Of a stretch of DNA of 64,000 nt, positions 18,153 to 26,755 are shown one piece after another. The stretch covers positions 96,001-160,000 of the IMG/VR virus record IMGVR_UViG_3300025141_000025; one strand, 5' to 3'. How positions within the stretch are numbered: position 1 is the first letter of the stretch; each line of letters opens with the position of its first letter. Both the position numbers and the translations under genes were made by a program. The notes below the pieces were generated by a model that had not been told where the DNA came from, did not search any database, and saw only the letters and a program-made list of their open reading frames with translations. This DNA comes from a virus.

Positions 18153-18514
18153 TATGAATAATCTCCATTAATAAGCTTATCAGTAAACTCTTCCATGGTT
18201 TTGTACGCCAATTGCCTAATTCTTCTTGTAAGTTCGTTTTCAAGGTCAATTGCTGCGTCATCCACCTGTGCTTTCCATGCAGTTTTTGCATCGCCGGCCG
18301 TATCACCCATAGCCATCATAGAGGGATCACCCTTGTCAAATGCTTTGACTTCTGCATCGTGCCATTTATCGACAAGTTCACCTACGTCCTTCCAGTCAAC
18401 CCGGGGCCAGTGGTGAGCTCGTCGTTCCAAGCTAGGCATATCATCCTGTTCATCAAGGACTTTGGCCTTCTCTTCTTTGATAATTCTTCTTAGTTGCCTT
18501 TTCGTAATTTTCAT
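18152..18514 (-). CDS. KITK-leader protein
   Basis: MKITKRQLRRIIKEEKAKVLDE. Confidence 0.8.
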   Translation of the reverse strand: MKITKRQLRRIIKEEKAKVLDEQDDMPSLERRAHHWPRVDWKDVGELVDKWHDAEVKAFDKGDPSMMAMGDTAGDAKTAWKAQVDDAAIDLENELTRRIRQLAYKTMEEFTDKLINGDYS

Positions 18515-18954
18515 TTTTTATCCTTAGGGGTTGGCTTTTGTGTTTTTTTGATTTCATAAAATACAATATTAACGAATTCACCACTCTGTCCAAGCTGATC
18601 TAATTTAAGAAACTTGGCAGAGAATATTTCGTCAGATGATGTAGCATTTTGATATTCAACATACATCAGCATTAAAAGTTTAGCACCGGTCATATGTTTT
18701 TCAGACGAATCACCTGGAAATGTTACCATTAAAACATCATTCACACCTAGACAGTTGCTGTGTCTTATTACCTTCGCGACCATTGGAAATCTAAAAGCAG
18801 GTACATCATGCACCTCGACCGGAGAATTACATTTATCTATCACGGCCTGCACAGTCAGGTGATCATAAGATGGAATCACATTTTTAGTTGTAGTGGTACA
18901 AGATCCGCACCCAATCACAAATGTAAGCAATAAAACTGTTAAAATATTCTTCAT
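18511..18954 (-). CDS. putative lipoprotein
   Basis: MKNILTVLLLTFVIGC lipobox. Confidence 0.65.
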   Translation of the reverse strand: MKNILTVLLLTFVIGCGSCTTTTKNVIPSYDHLTVQAVIDKCNSPVEVHDVPAFRFPMVAKVIRHSNCLGVNDVLMVTFPGDSSEKHMTGAKLLMLMYVEYQNATSSDEIFSAKFLKLDQLGQSGEFVNIVFYEIKKTQKPTPKDKK

Positions 18955-18958
18955 TCAA

Positions 18959-20023
18959 TTAACCTTTCATAAGACCAGATAGCTTTTGCCACCGCTCCAA
19001 GATAATTACATCCTCGGGTCGGAGATTATAAGATTCAGTCTTTGTTTTGTTTCCTAGCGCATTACCTATAGCGGTAAGATATTCCAGCGTTTTGTCAGTG
19101 CCCAGTTTTTTAAGGTCAACTTTGGCTATAGTTTTGATATCAGCACTCGGATCATTAAGCATTGTGGCGGCCCACCGATGATGACCATCGAGAATCTCAT
19201 CGTCGAGAGAGGCATATGCTTTAAGGTTACCACCGGAAACACCATTTACTGCCATTCCGAGTGCCTTGGGTAAGAGAATATTAGTTTGTGTGGGTACTGC
19301 TTTTTGTGCTGCCATACCTCCACCCAGCTTAATTTCAATACTGTCATCACTATCTTCACCGTCATTGGCACCAAGTCCAGCAGTCATAAATTCTTCAGCA
19401 CCGGGTGCGTCCATACCAAGAAATGCATTGGGAGCGGGAGCATCGCGCTCAACCAAATAATGTAACCCCTGTTTCCAGGCTGCCTCCTTAAACGGTTCAG
19501 CAATGTCGATATTGTATTTTCCGCCAGGTGTCAAAGCATCAGCAACATCTTTGACATCACCGGTTGCATCTTTCGGCCCGGGCAAGAAAGGCATCTTACT
19601 TTTTGGAAGTCCGCTACCGGGAATTTTTGAACCAACTGCTTCAACCCTTTTAATAAACGTTCCAGTACCCAGTTCTTCCAACCAGTCAGCAACCTTATCC
19701 GGATCTGGTTTGACAACAGTCTCCTCACCATCATCGCCCTTATCGGTAAATTCCATAGCCTTGAAAATAGGCTGTTCAGGATCACGAGTTAAAATTTGAG
19801 CAGCGACCTCTTTCGCATCGGCACCTTTAAAGTTTAACTGGTTGTCAAATGCAGTGCCTTTTGGCTCGCCTACATCAACAACCTCTTTTTCTCCCTCGGC
19901 CGATTCTTCTTTTGTTTCTTCAAAAAGAAATGTTGATAACATTGAGCGTGATGATTTAGGTTTACGGTGCTCAAGTATCACATCATGAATAATTTTTTGA
20001 AGATGTGCCTTTGTGATCTTCAT
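18959..20023 (-). CDS. KITK-leader ParB/Srx-like domain protein
   Basis: MKITKAHLQKIIHD; PTQTNI...ILDGHHRW; C-terminal ERWQKLSGL. Confidence 0.75.
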   Translation of the reverse strand: MKITKAHLQKIIHDVILEHRKPKSSRSMLSTFLFEETKEESAEGEKEVVDVGEPKGTAFDNQLNFKGADAKEVAAQILTRDPEQPIFKAMEFTDKGDDGEETVVKPDPDKVADWLEELGTGTFIKRVEAVGSKIPGSGLPKSKMPFLPGPKDATGDVKDVADALTPGGKYNIDIAEPFKEAAWKQGLHYLVERDAPAPNAFLGMDAPGAEEFMTAGLGANDGEDSDDSIEIKLGGGMAAQKAVPTQTNILLPKALGMAVNGVSGGNLKAYASLDDEILDGHHRWAATMLNDPSADIKTIAKVDLKKLGTDKTLEYLTAIGNALGNKTKTESYNLRPEDVIILERWQKLSGLMKG

Positions 20024-20025
20024 GA

Positions 20026-20433
20026 TTAAATTTCCCCAGAAAGATCGCCCAAGTTTAATTCAGCACTTTCTGATAGGACATCAACTTGAGCTTCTAGCAT
20101 CTCTTGTAAGGCTGCAGCCTGAGCTGCCAATGCCTCAACAATCGGGGCCTTTTCGTTGATTTCTGGTCCACAATTAGTACAATGTTGCGCTGCATTTTGA
20201 ACAGACTCAACAACCAAGTCCAAGGATCTTGCAGCGACCTCCATTTCAGTAAGCATGTCACCGGCTGGATCTTCACTTTCATTTACAAGCTCACCCACAG
20301 CGTCTGCCACATCCACAGCAGGCAGCTCAAGTGCCACAGCCTCAGGCGCAGGTCCATGATCTCCACATGCTTCCTGTAATTTTCGGCGTTCGTTTCTAAT
20401 AATTCTTCTTAGTTGTCGTTTTGTGATTTTCAT
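20026..20433 (-). CDS. KITK-leader protein
   Basis: MKITKRQLRRIIRNERRKLQE. Confidence 0.8.
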   Translation of the reverse strand: MKITKRQLRRIIRNERRKLQEACGDHGPAPEAVALELPAVDVADAVGELVNESEDPAGDMLTEMEVAARSLDLVVESVQNAAQHCTNCGPEINEKAPIVEALAAQAAALQEMLEAQVDVLSESAELNLGDLSGEI

Positions 20434-20523
20434 TTTTTGCTCCTATTTTCATCACATTTATTACAAATAAACTATTTCATCCTTTGAAATAATTTTATAG
20501 TGTTTTTTACCTTTTGATCATTT

Positions 20524-20907
20524 TCAAAAGCTGGCCCCTAAATCAATTTCAATAGATCGATCCTCAGCCCATTGTTCAACATCAAGTGGACCGATAAAAC
20601 CATCCTGCGGTGGCTTACTATCAAGCCATGTTCGATTGGGTGCTCCAGCATGCTGAGCCAGGTCATCCAAATCTTCAAACCCTAACCCTCTTTGGTCTAG
20701 CCATTCACCCCAGCCTTTTTCAAGCTCGGCATCAGTCCTTTGTTCACCTTCGCCTCCAGGTGCGTAGTAATCTTCCTCACCTGGAGGTGCAGAAAAATCT
20801 CGATCATCTGAGTGCCATAGGTCTCTAACTTGGCGATCCACACCCGGCATACCTTCGCTAAGTGACTCCTTGATAATCTTTCTTAGTTGTCGGCAGGTAA
20901 GTTTCAT
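20524..20907 (-). CDS. KITK-leader protein
   Basis: MKLTCRQLRKIIKESLSE. Confidence 0.8.
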   Translation of the reverse strand: MKLTCRQLRKIIKESLSEGMPGVDRQVRDLWHSDDRDFSAPPGEEDYYAPGGEGEQRTDAELEKGWGEWLDQRGLGFEDLDDLAQHAGAPNRTWLDSKPPQDGFIGPLDVEQWAEDRSIEIDLGASF

Positions 20908-20909
20908 GA

Positions 20910-21230
20910 TTAGCCCTCCACTAAATCCATAACAACGGAATTAGTTGCACTGTTAATTGTTCGTTCAATTAGCTTGGCCTCATCAGGATCGAGGTAATCA
21001 GCGCCAATAGAATTCAAATAATCCATAATTTCTTCTCTAATAATGTCTGACAGATAACTCTTGTCAAAGACACCGTGATCTGGTTTAGGGTGAAGTGCTT
21101 GCATTCTAGCTCGAAAGTCATCATCCATCTTTGCTGCAGCCATACCCATATCAGCTGGAGTCATCTGCTCCATTAGTCTAGCCTTCTCTTCTTTGATGAT
21201 GCACCTGAGTTGTCGTTTGGTGATTTTCAT
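20910..21230 (-). CDS. KITK-leader protein
   Basis: MKITKRQLRCIIKEEKARLME. Confidence 0.8.
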   Translation of the reverse strand: MKITKRQLRCIIKEEKARLMEQMTPADMGMAAAKMDDDFRARMQALHPKPDHGVFDKSYLSDIIREEIMDYLNSIGADYLDPDEAKLIERTINSATNSVVMDLVEG

Positions 21231-21235
21231 GATTG

Positions 21236-21508
21236 TTAACGCTCCTGCAGCGACTGTATGACAAAGTTGATTACTTGGCGGGTTGTCAAAGGGCCATCTT
21301 GATAGTCTAAGTCGACCAGCCCTGAGGCATTTTCAATGGCCTCGTCCACCGCGACCATTAAATCCTCAAGGACAGATTCACCGGGAGCATATTCACCTTG
21401 GATACCCTGATTAAACTTATAGTCCGGCCGGCGGGTAGGCTGTTCATTCATAAGTCTAGCCTTCTCTTCCTTGATGATTCTTTTTAGCTGTCTTTTTGTG
21501 ATTTTCAT
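21236..21508 (-). CDS. KITK-leader protein
   Basis: MKITKRQLKRIIKEEKARLMNE (start corrected). Confidence 0.8.
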   Translation of the reverse strand: MKITKRQLKRIIKEEKARLMNEQPTRRPDYKFNQGIQGEYAPGESVLEDLMVAVDEAIENASGLVDLDYQDGPLTTRQVINFVIQSLQER

Positions 21509-21509
21509 T

Positions 21510-22121
21510 TTAATCCCCTGTGTATCCCACATGTAGTCTTTTGTCTTCCAACGCAGCAATTACCATTTTTTGATCGGAATATTCTCCACTACTTCGATCA
21601 AGAGTCTTCAGAACTCTGTAAGCTGCTTCGATTTCCTCTTGAACTTCCGAGACTGCCTTCTGCTTGCTCTTGTAATAATCAGCAATCCCTGCGTCTTCTT
21701 TAAAGAGTTTGGCTTTCTCTTCTTTAATGATTCTTCTGAGTTGTCTTTTTGAGATTTTCATTTTTCCTTCTCTAATGACTTCGAGCGATCCGTTTGGAAA
21801 ACCCGTCTTAAATCCTAGTTGGTTAAGATAGCCTTGAATCTCATATGTTCTATCGCTACTTCCAAACCCTTCCATGCTGTCTTCATATCGCCAAGCTAAC
21901 TCGTCCGCAAGGTCTATCGCCAATATAGCATGCCTCGTCTCAACGCTCTGAAACTCTTCTGGGGTCAATAGTTGCTCAGCTGCCCGTGTATATTCATCTG
22001 GATACATTATGTAATCGACACCTGGCTCTGGACCTTGTGCAGTCATAGAACCTCTCTCTAAAAGATTCCGCTTTTCTTTTCTAATAATTTTTCTTAGATT
22101 TCTTTTTGTGATTTTCATCAA
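21510..22121 (-). CDS. KITK-leader protein with a second internal tag
   Basis: MKITKRNLRKIIRKE plus internal IREGKMKISKRQLRRIIKEE. Confidence 0.8.
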   Translation of the reverse strand: MMKITKRNLRKIIRKEKRNLLERGSMTAQGPEPGVDYIMYPDEYTRAAEQLLTPEEFQSVETRHAILAIDLADELAWRYEDSMEGFGSSDRTYEIQGYLNQLGFKTGFPNGSLEVIREGKMKISKRQLRRIIKEEKAKLFKEDAGIADYYKSKQKAVSEVQEEIEAAYRVLKTLDRSSGEYSDQKMVIAALEDKRLHVGYTGD

Positions 22122-22423
22122 ACGCCTCGCCTCTTCATGTCATGTGCTAAATCTGACATCTCTTCGCCGGCATCCATCAAAAGTTCTTCCAGTTTGTCAT
22201 ACCTGGACGTACCGAATTCGTTACCGTCATCAAGCCACTCCGGAGGTACAGACTTTATCTTTCGATACTCAAAGAACATTTTGTCCAATGCTGATCTCAT
22301 GGCCTCAACCTTATCAACCTCATCCTGGTTGAGGGTCAGTTGTCGGACATCTTTCTCAGCTCGGATCTCATTTACAAGTTTGCCCTTAATAATTCTTTTT
22401 AGTTGTTGTTTAGTAATTTTCAT
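22118..22423 (-). CDS. KITK-leader protein
   Basis: MKITKQQLKRIIKGKLVNE (start corrected). Confidence 0.8.
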   Translation of the reverse strand: MKITKQQLKRIIKGKLVNEIRAEKDVRQLTLNQDEVDKVEAMRSALDKMFFEYRKIKSVPPEWLDDGNEFGTSRYDKLEELLMDAGEEMSDLAHDMKRRGV

Positions 22424-22719
22424 GAATTTTCCTTCGTGCCAAAGATCCAATTATAAATGCTAGCCGGAATTTCTTCACGCGGAGGGTACTCTAAAGTTCC
22501 AATAAACAACCTTAAATTTTGTGATCCCGTTATTGATCCCGTCTTGATTTCTTCAAGTACCTGGTCCCTGACATATTCCAACGCAACGGCATCATCACGA
22601 TATAACATTTTCATGGTGGCATCTGTTTCTGATAACAGGTGACTACGAATAAACCCTATTTTTCTGTTGATAGCCGCGATGCCGTTTTCTAATTCTTGGC
22701 GTGTAATTCGACTACCCAT
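22420..22719 (-). CDS. hypothetical protein
   Basis: Likely start MGSRITRQEL (SD GGAG). Confidence 0.6.
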   Translation of the reverse strand: MGSRITRQELENGIAAINRKIGFIRSHLLSETDATMKMLYRDDAVALEYVRDQVLEEIKTGSITGSQNLRLFIGTLEYPPREEIPASIYNWIFGTKENS

Positions 22720-23236
22720 TGTTTTTCTCCAACATGTGACGAACCATGGTCGTAATGTCCCCACGGGTGATTCGTAAAATTTGTGATTTCGATCGAGCTG
22801 ATTCGGCGATGCGGCGGCCCATACCGGATTGTCTAGGCACATCTTGAAAATCAAATTCACCAGGCATCAGCTCTTCAAGTTCTCGCCTTTCTTTTTCGAT
22901 GGCAGCCTGTTGCTCGACATCCAGTTTCTCCTGTTCGATCATGGCGTCGTAATAGTCATCCAAGTCTTTAATGGCTGTGTTGTATTCTTCCACAGTCTTG
23001 TATGGTCTGTGGCGAGGTCGAAACCCGTGGAGCTCTTTAAAATAATCAGAGTAAGTCTGCCCTAGAACTGATAGAGCCAAATCCTTACCTGTTACGACGC
23101 CCTGCCTCTCCCAAAAGGCTTGGTCTGTCACGTACCCGGCGCCGGTTTGAGCATTTATTTTTTCTGCTTCTTCCTGCGCGGTAGGTGCGAATTGCATGGC
23201 TTCGCGAATTATTCGTTTAAGTTGAGTTCTTTTCAC
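22712..23236 (-). CDS. KITK-like leader protein
   Basis: MKRTQLKRIIRE; SD GAGGAG. Confidence 0.75.
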   Translation of the reverse strand: MKRTQLKRIIREAMQFAPTAQEEAEKINAQTGAGYVTDQAFWERQGVVTGKDLALSVLGQTYSDYFKELHGFRPRHRPYKTVEEYNTAIKDLDDYYDAMIEQEKLDVEQQAAIEKERRELEELMPGEFDFQDVPRQSGMGRRIAESARSKSQILRITRGDITTMVRHMLEKNNG

Positions 23237-23309
23237 TTCATCTCCTCAGCGAACAATGACAACACTGCTAAGTATCGACAAAAAGCCAGACTTGAACGGT
23301 GAAACGAAG

Positions 23310-23723
23310 TTATTTCTTCGGAGCTGACTCTTCCATGGCTTCGAGCGTCTTGGTGAGCAACTGAAGTGCCAGGTTATCCGGATCGGCGGCTTCACTCATC
23401 TTTTGTAGCGCTTCGATGAGGTCCCCGGCTTTTTCTGTGTTTTCTTTGATTCGGGCAATGGCATCATCCAGGGCCTGAAACTGGTCGTCGTGTGTTTGGG
23501 CTTTTAACACCATGAAATCTTGAGTGCTGAGGCTTGGGGCGCTGTAGAAATTGTCGACGGCCTCGGTGTTGCCAGCTTCCGGTTTTTCCCATTGGGTGTG
23601 TTGGTCCCGGGACGGAACTGCTGTCGTCTCAATCTTTTCGGCGTGGGACCTGGTGCGGTCCGCGGCAGAGGTGGGTTGAACGATGTTGGGATTGTGGGCA
23701 GCGCCCACGGAGTTGATACTCAT
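23310..23723 (-). CDS. hypothetical helical protein
   Basis: Likely start MSINSVG. Confidence 0.65.
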   Translation of the reverse strand: MSINSVGAAHNPNIVQPTSAADRTRSHAEKIETTAVPSRDQHTQWEKPEAGNTEAVDNFYSAPSLSTQDFMVLKAQTHDDQFQALDDAIARIKENTEKAGDLIEALQKMSEAADPDNLALQLLTKTLEAMEESAPKK

Positions 23724-23794
23724 TTTTCGCCTGTTTTTTTCCCTGTCGGGGTCGAATCCTGCCAAAGGTAGGTACATCTAAATATCCCTTTTCA

Positions 23795-24136
23795 TTAAGA
23801 AAAAATTTTATTTGCGTGTGAGCATCGGTAAAAAGCGTTTCGCTTTAAAAAATTTTTACTCCGGAGAAAGGGGGCATGATTGAGCGTGCTACCAAGCGAG
23901 CCGCGCTCGCAATCCAGCACACTCACAGATTCACCGGTGGCCTCACGTTGGACGCTGGACATGTCTAGAGCGCTCTCTGGCGGCCCCAACACGCGAATCC
24001 GATTTACCCCATGGCTTGGGAGGAAAGCCCCTCCAGAACACACTCCTGCGAAACGGTAAATCCGGGCCCGATGGGCGAACAAACCGCGACAGGCGGCCGG
24101 GGTCTCGGCTTTCAGAAAGGCCGGTTCGACCGTCAT
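23795..24136 (-). CDS. possible hypothetical protein
   Basis: ATGA overlap with the 24133 stop, but atypical composition. Confidence 0.3.
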   Translation of the reverse strand: MTVEPAFLKAETPAACRGLFAHRARIYRFAGVCSGGAFLPSHGVNRIRVLGPPESALDMSSVQREATGESVSVLDCERGSLGSTLNHAPFLRSKNFLKRNAFYRCSHANKIFS

Positions 24137-24543
24137 TCCCCTTCCAGGCCAAAAAGCGTGGCCAGCGTGGGCACCGCGGCCGCAGGGGCCGGATCGGGTG
24201 TACCGGCGTCTTCCGCCTGTTCGGCCTTGTGAAGCTTGTGATCCAGGTGGTTCTTTATCTCGTCCATATCGTCCTGCATGGCTGCCAGCTTTGACTGTAC
24301 CCACTCAGGTAGCTCGTCCTCGTCATTCAATCGGTCGTGGAGGGATTGGGCTCCCCGTGAGACGTTGAACAGGGCCGACCGGGCCATTTTGGCCGAGCCG
24401 CCGTGTCCCATGACTCGACCCTCCTCGTTTTCCGAAGTCTCGTCGGGGTGGTAGAACTCCCTGACCAATTGGCGGATCCTGTCACGGCTGCGGGCCGTCT
24501 CGGCGTCCACGCCCTTGTCGTCTTTAAAATTATTGTCTTTCAT
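24133..24543 (-). CDS. hypothetical, probable head-associated protein
   Basis: MARSAL...LPEWVQSKL, a motif I associate with large-phage hypotheticals. Confidence 0.65.
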   Translation of the reverse strand: MKDNNFKDDKGVDAETARSRDRIRQLVREFYHPDETSENEEGRVMGHGGSAKMARSALFNVSRGAQSLHDRLNDEDELPEWVQSKLAAMQDDMDEIKNHLDHKLHKAEQAEDAGTPDPAPAAAVPTLATLFGLEGE

Positions 24544-24549
24544 GTGTGA

Positions 24550-24747
24550 TTACTCCATCGGATGCGTTATCTGCAACGGAAGGTCCATGTCCAGGTCCGG
24601 GCCGCTGGCGCGCGGGGCTGAGGCTTTGGCGGCCGTTTGGCTGGCCTTGCGCTCCGCTCGTGCGTCCATGTGTGCCACCGCTGTCCACGCTAGTCTCCAC
24701 ATCCAGTACCTTCTCTCCCTGTCACTTAGGTCCATTAGATTTTTCAT
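24550..24747 (-). CDS. hypothetical protein
   Basis: 65 aa; SD GGAG; putative late motif upstream. Confidence 0.5.
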   Translation of the reverse strand: MKNLMDLSDRERRYWMWRLAWTAVAHMDARAERKASQTAAKASAPRASGPDLDMDLPLQITHPME

Positions 24748-24999
24748 AGTCTCTCTGCTCCTGTGCCCCTCACAGTGTAAATATCACCTACCCGCGTTTT
24801 TAGCGGTGCAAGATTATATGCGGCACAACGGATATGGAAACTTTTTCTAGAAATTTTTTTTGTTACAGGGCCCATTTTGAAACCGAAAACCCCCCAGAAA
24901 AAAATTTTCGAAAGAGAGGGCGGCCGAAAGTCAAAAAGTCCCGGGAATTTTTTTTGCTCTGGGGTTTAGCCCAAAGTTGGCCCTTTTTACACTGAGTTT

Positions 25000-25040
25000 G
25001 GGGGCTATTTTAGGGGGTATTTTGGGGGCTCTCTTGGGGC
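25000..25040 (+). repeat. four G5 tracts, G-quadruplex candidate
   Basis: GGGGG-ctatttta-GGGGG-tatttt-GGGGG-ctctctt-GGGGG. Confidence 0.55.
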
Positions 25041-25104
25041 CCTCTGTGTAGCCCCCTCTATAGGGGCTCTAGAGCAGCTGTCTCACACTCCTGTTGGCCA
25101 TACT

Positions 25105-25136
25105 AAAAGGGGCCCAGTCTGGCGACCGAACCCCCT
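25105..25136 (-). terminator. intrinsic terminator after the radA-like gene
   Basis: Minus strand AGGGGGTTCGGTC-GCCA-GACTGGGCCCC followed by TTTT. Confidence 0.6.
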
Positions 25137-25167
25137 CGAAATTCTAGATTACCGTGTCCTGTCCGGA

Positions 25168-25914
25168 TTAGGCGCTCACCTTAGCAACCACCTTGAACCC
25201 GTGACCCTTGAGGTCCAGGTAGTAACGGTGTCCCGCTCCGCCGAACCGGTTCTTGGTCATGGTAAGGATGCGACACCCGTGAAGCTCGGACCGGATGTCC
25301 TCTTCAACAGTAAGCTCCAGCATGGAGTCCACCATGTGCTTGAGGACGTTCCTACCAGCGAACTGACCGTTCTTACCCACCTGACCGATGACGATGGCTG
25401 AGGTGTTGTGCTCCTTGCACCAGTCGGTGATTAGAGCCAACGCTCGTTCCGGGGTGCGGCTGTTGGTGGTACCGTTCTCGTACTTGCCATCATCCATGGT
25501 CTGCAGCGAGTCAATCACCAGGACGAAGCTTTTATTAGGATTAGCCGCGCGCATCTCGTCGCACTTCTTGAGGAGCGTGGGGACATGGGTCTCTTCACCC
25601 ACCGCAAATCCGTTCTTAAGTCGCAGGCGCTCGCTCGTCATCTTGACCTGGTAGAGGCTCTCCTCTCCGGTGTTGAAGACGCCGATGGAGCCGTTGCCGA
25701 CCAGGCTGTCCACCAGCTTGAGCATCATGGTGGTCTTACCAGCGCCGGGCGTACCGGTGAAAAGGGTGACAGCAGAAGGAGTCAACCCCTGTCCGCCGAA
25801 GCTTCCGTCGATATAATCCACACCGGTCTTGATTCTAGAACGTAGGGCAGCAGGTACCTTGACGTCGAGGATGTTGGTGCCAAAGTCGAATCCGTTCTTG
25901 GTGTTAAGCTTCAT
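25168..25914 (-). CDS. RadA/Sms-like RecA-fold ATPase (ATPase core only)
   Basis: GTPGAGKTT, GEES, VIDSLQT, HMVD, KNRFG; no N-terminal Zn finger or C-terminal Lon-like domain. Confidence 0.85.
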   Translation of the reverse strand: MKLNTKNGFDFGTNILDVKVPAALRSRIKTGVDYIDGSFGGQGLTPSAVTLFTGTPGAGKTTMMLKLVDSLVGNGSIGVFNTGEESLYQVKMTSERLRLKNGFAVGEETHVPTLLKKCDEMRAANPNKSFVLVIDSLQTMDDGKYENGTTNSRTPERALALITDWCKEHNTSAIVIGQVGKNGQFAGRNVLKHMVDSMLELTVEEDIRSELHGCRILTMTKNRFGGAGHRYYLDLKGHGFKVVAKVSA

Positions 25915-25969
25915 GAGGTCTCTCTCCTATTATTTTGAAAACACTCTGTTCCCCTCCCGGGAACATGTA

Positions 25970-26003
25970 TATTATACCACGGCTGGGGACATCTTACACA
26001 AAA
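25970..26003 (-). promoter_or_regulatory. strong early-type promoter GTGTAA-N17-TATAAT
   Basis: TTTTGTGTAAGATGTCCCCAGCCGTGGTATAATA. Confidence 0.8.
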
Positions 26004-26018
26004 GCGCTACTATTTTAT

Positions 26019-26582
26019 CTAATCTTCTAGCGGCTTTACGCTCAACTTTTTGTGCCACTCTTCGACACCATTGACCAGCAGCTTGACGTAGGCATCTTTT
26101 AGAACTTGCTTGGCCTGCTTTTTTCTAACTGACGTGCCCCGGGAATACTGGCCCAACACCATACCGATGTCTCCTGACTTGGTCATGACCAGGTTGCCGT
26201 CACCTAAGGCAGGGTCCCATTCAATGTCGACACGCTGAATCCGTACATCGCGGTGGGCTTCACGGTTGAGGATGACAGTCTTAGACTTCACGTTCTTCTT
26301 GGACTTTTTCTTAAACCTAGCGCGCTGACGTGCCTTGTCGCGGTAGTTGTCCGGATAGTGCTCGTCAAAGAATGACTGCCACGCCGTCCGAGCCTCTTCC
26401 TCGCGGTCCAGTAACTCCTGGGGAATGGGCAAGCCGGCATTCGTTAGCTCGAACATCTCATCTGCAACCAGTTGAACTGGGCGATAGAAGCGTTCGCGGT
26501 TCTCTTCAAAGTAATCGTAGCGTGACTCACGGGCCTGCGCTAGCACGCTTTGATATTCAGAATTGGTCAATCGTCTGGGCAT
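26019..26582 (-). CDS. hypothetical protein with C-terminal SH3-like segment
   Basis: Start MPRRL (SD AAGGAG) downstream of a promoter. Confidence 0.7.
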   Translation of the reverse strand: MPRRLTNSEYQSVLAQARESRYDYFEENRERFYRPVQLVADEMFELTNAGLPIPQELLDREEEARTAWQSFFDEHYPDNYRDKARQRARFKKKSKKNVKSKTVILNREAHRDVRIQRVDIEWDPALGDGNLVMTKSGDIGMVLGQYSRGTSVRKKQAKQVLKDAYVKLLVNGVEEWHKKLSVKPLED

Positions 26583-26618
26583 GTAAACTCTCCTTGCCCT
26601 CCTCCCGAAGGACATTTA

Positions 26619-26652
26619 TATTATACCACACCTACGAGCTTCTTACACAAAA
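26619..26652 (-). promoter_or_regulatory. early-type promoter
   Basis: GTGTAA-GAAGCTCGTAGGTGTGG-TATAAT. Confidence 0.8.
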
Positions 26653-26653
26653 T

Positions 26654-26706
26654 AAAAAAACCAATCGACTGGCCTCCGGAGAGAGTGGAAAACCAGTCGA
26701 TTGGTT
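26654..26706 (-). terminator. intrinsic terminator after the MoxR gene
   Basis: AACCAATCGACTGG/CCAGTCGATTGGTT inverted repeat with a T-run on the minus strand. Confidence 0.65.
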
Positions 26707-26755
26707 GGGCAAACACGTGACCATTCGGGAGGGGCCACCTGCGGATTGACCCGGA

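Larger units (their letters stand above)
11683..23236 (-). repeat. dispersed ~45-bp coding repeat ATGAAAATYACAAAACGACARCTNAGAAGAATYATCAAAGAA at gene starts
   Basis: More than 20 near-identical copies (plus strand ...gattcttcttagttgtcgttttgtgattttcat). Confidence 0.85.

Noticed and set aside
12230-22423. CRISPR array suggested by the regular ~45-bp repeats
   Set aside because: Repeats are in-frame coding gene starts separated by 200-1000 bp ORFs; no cas genes in the window
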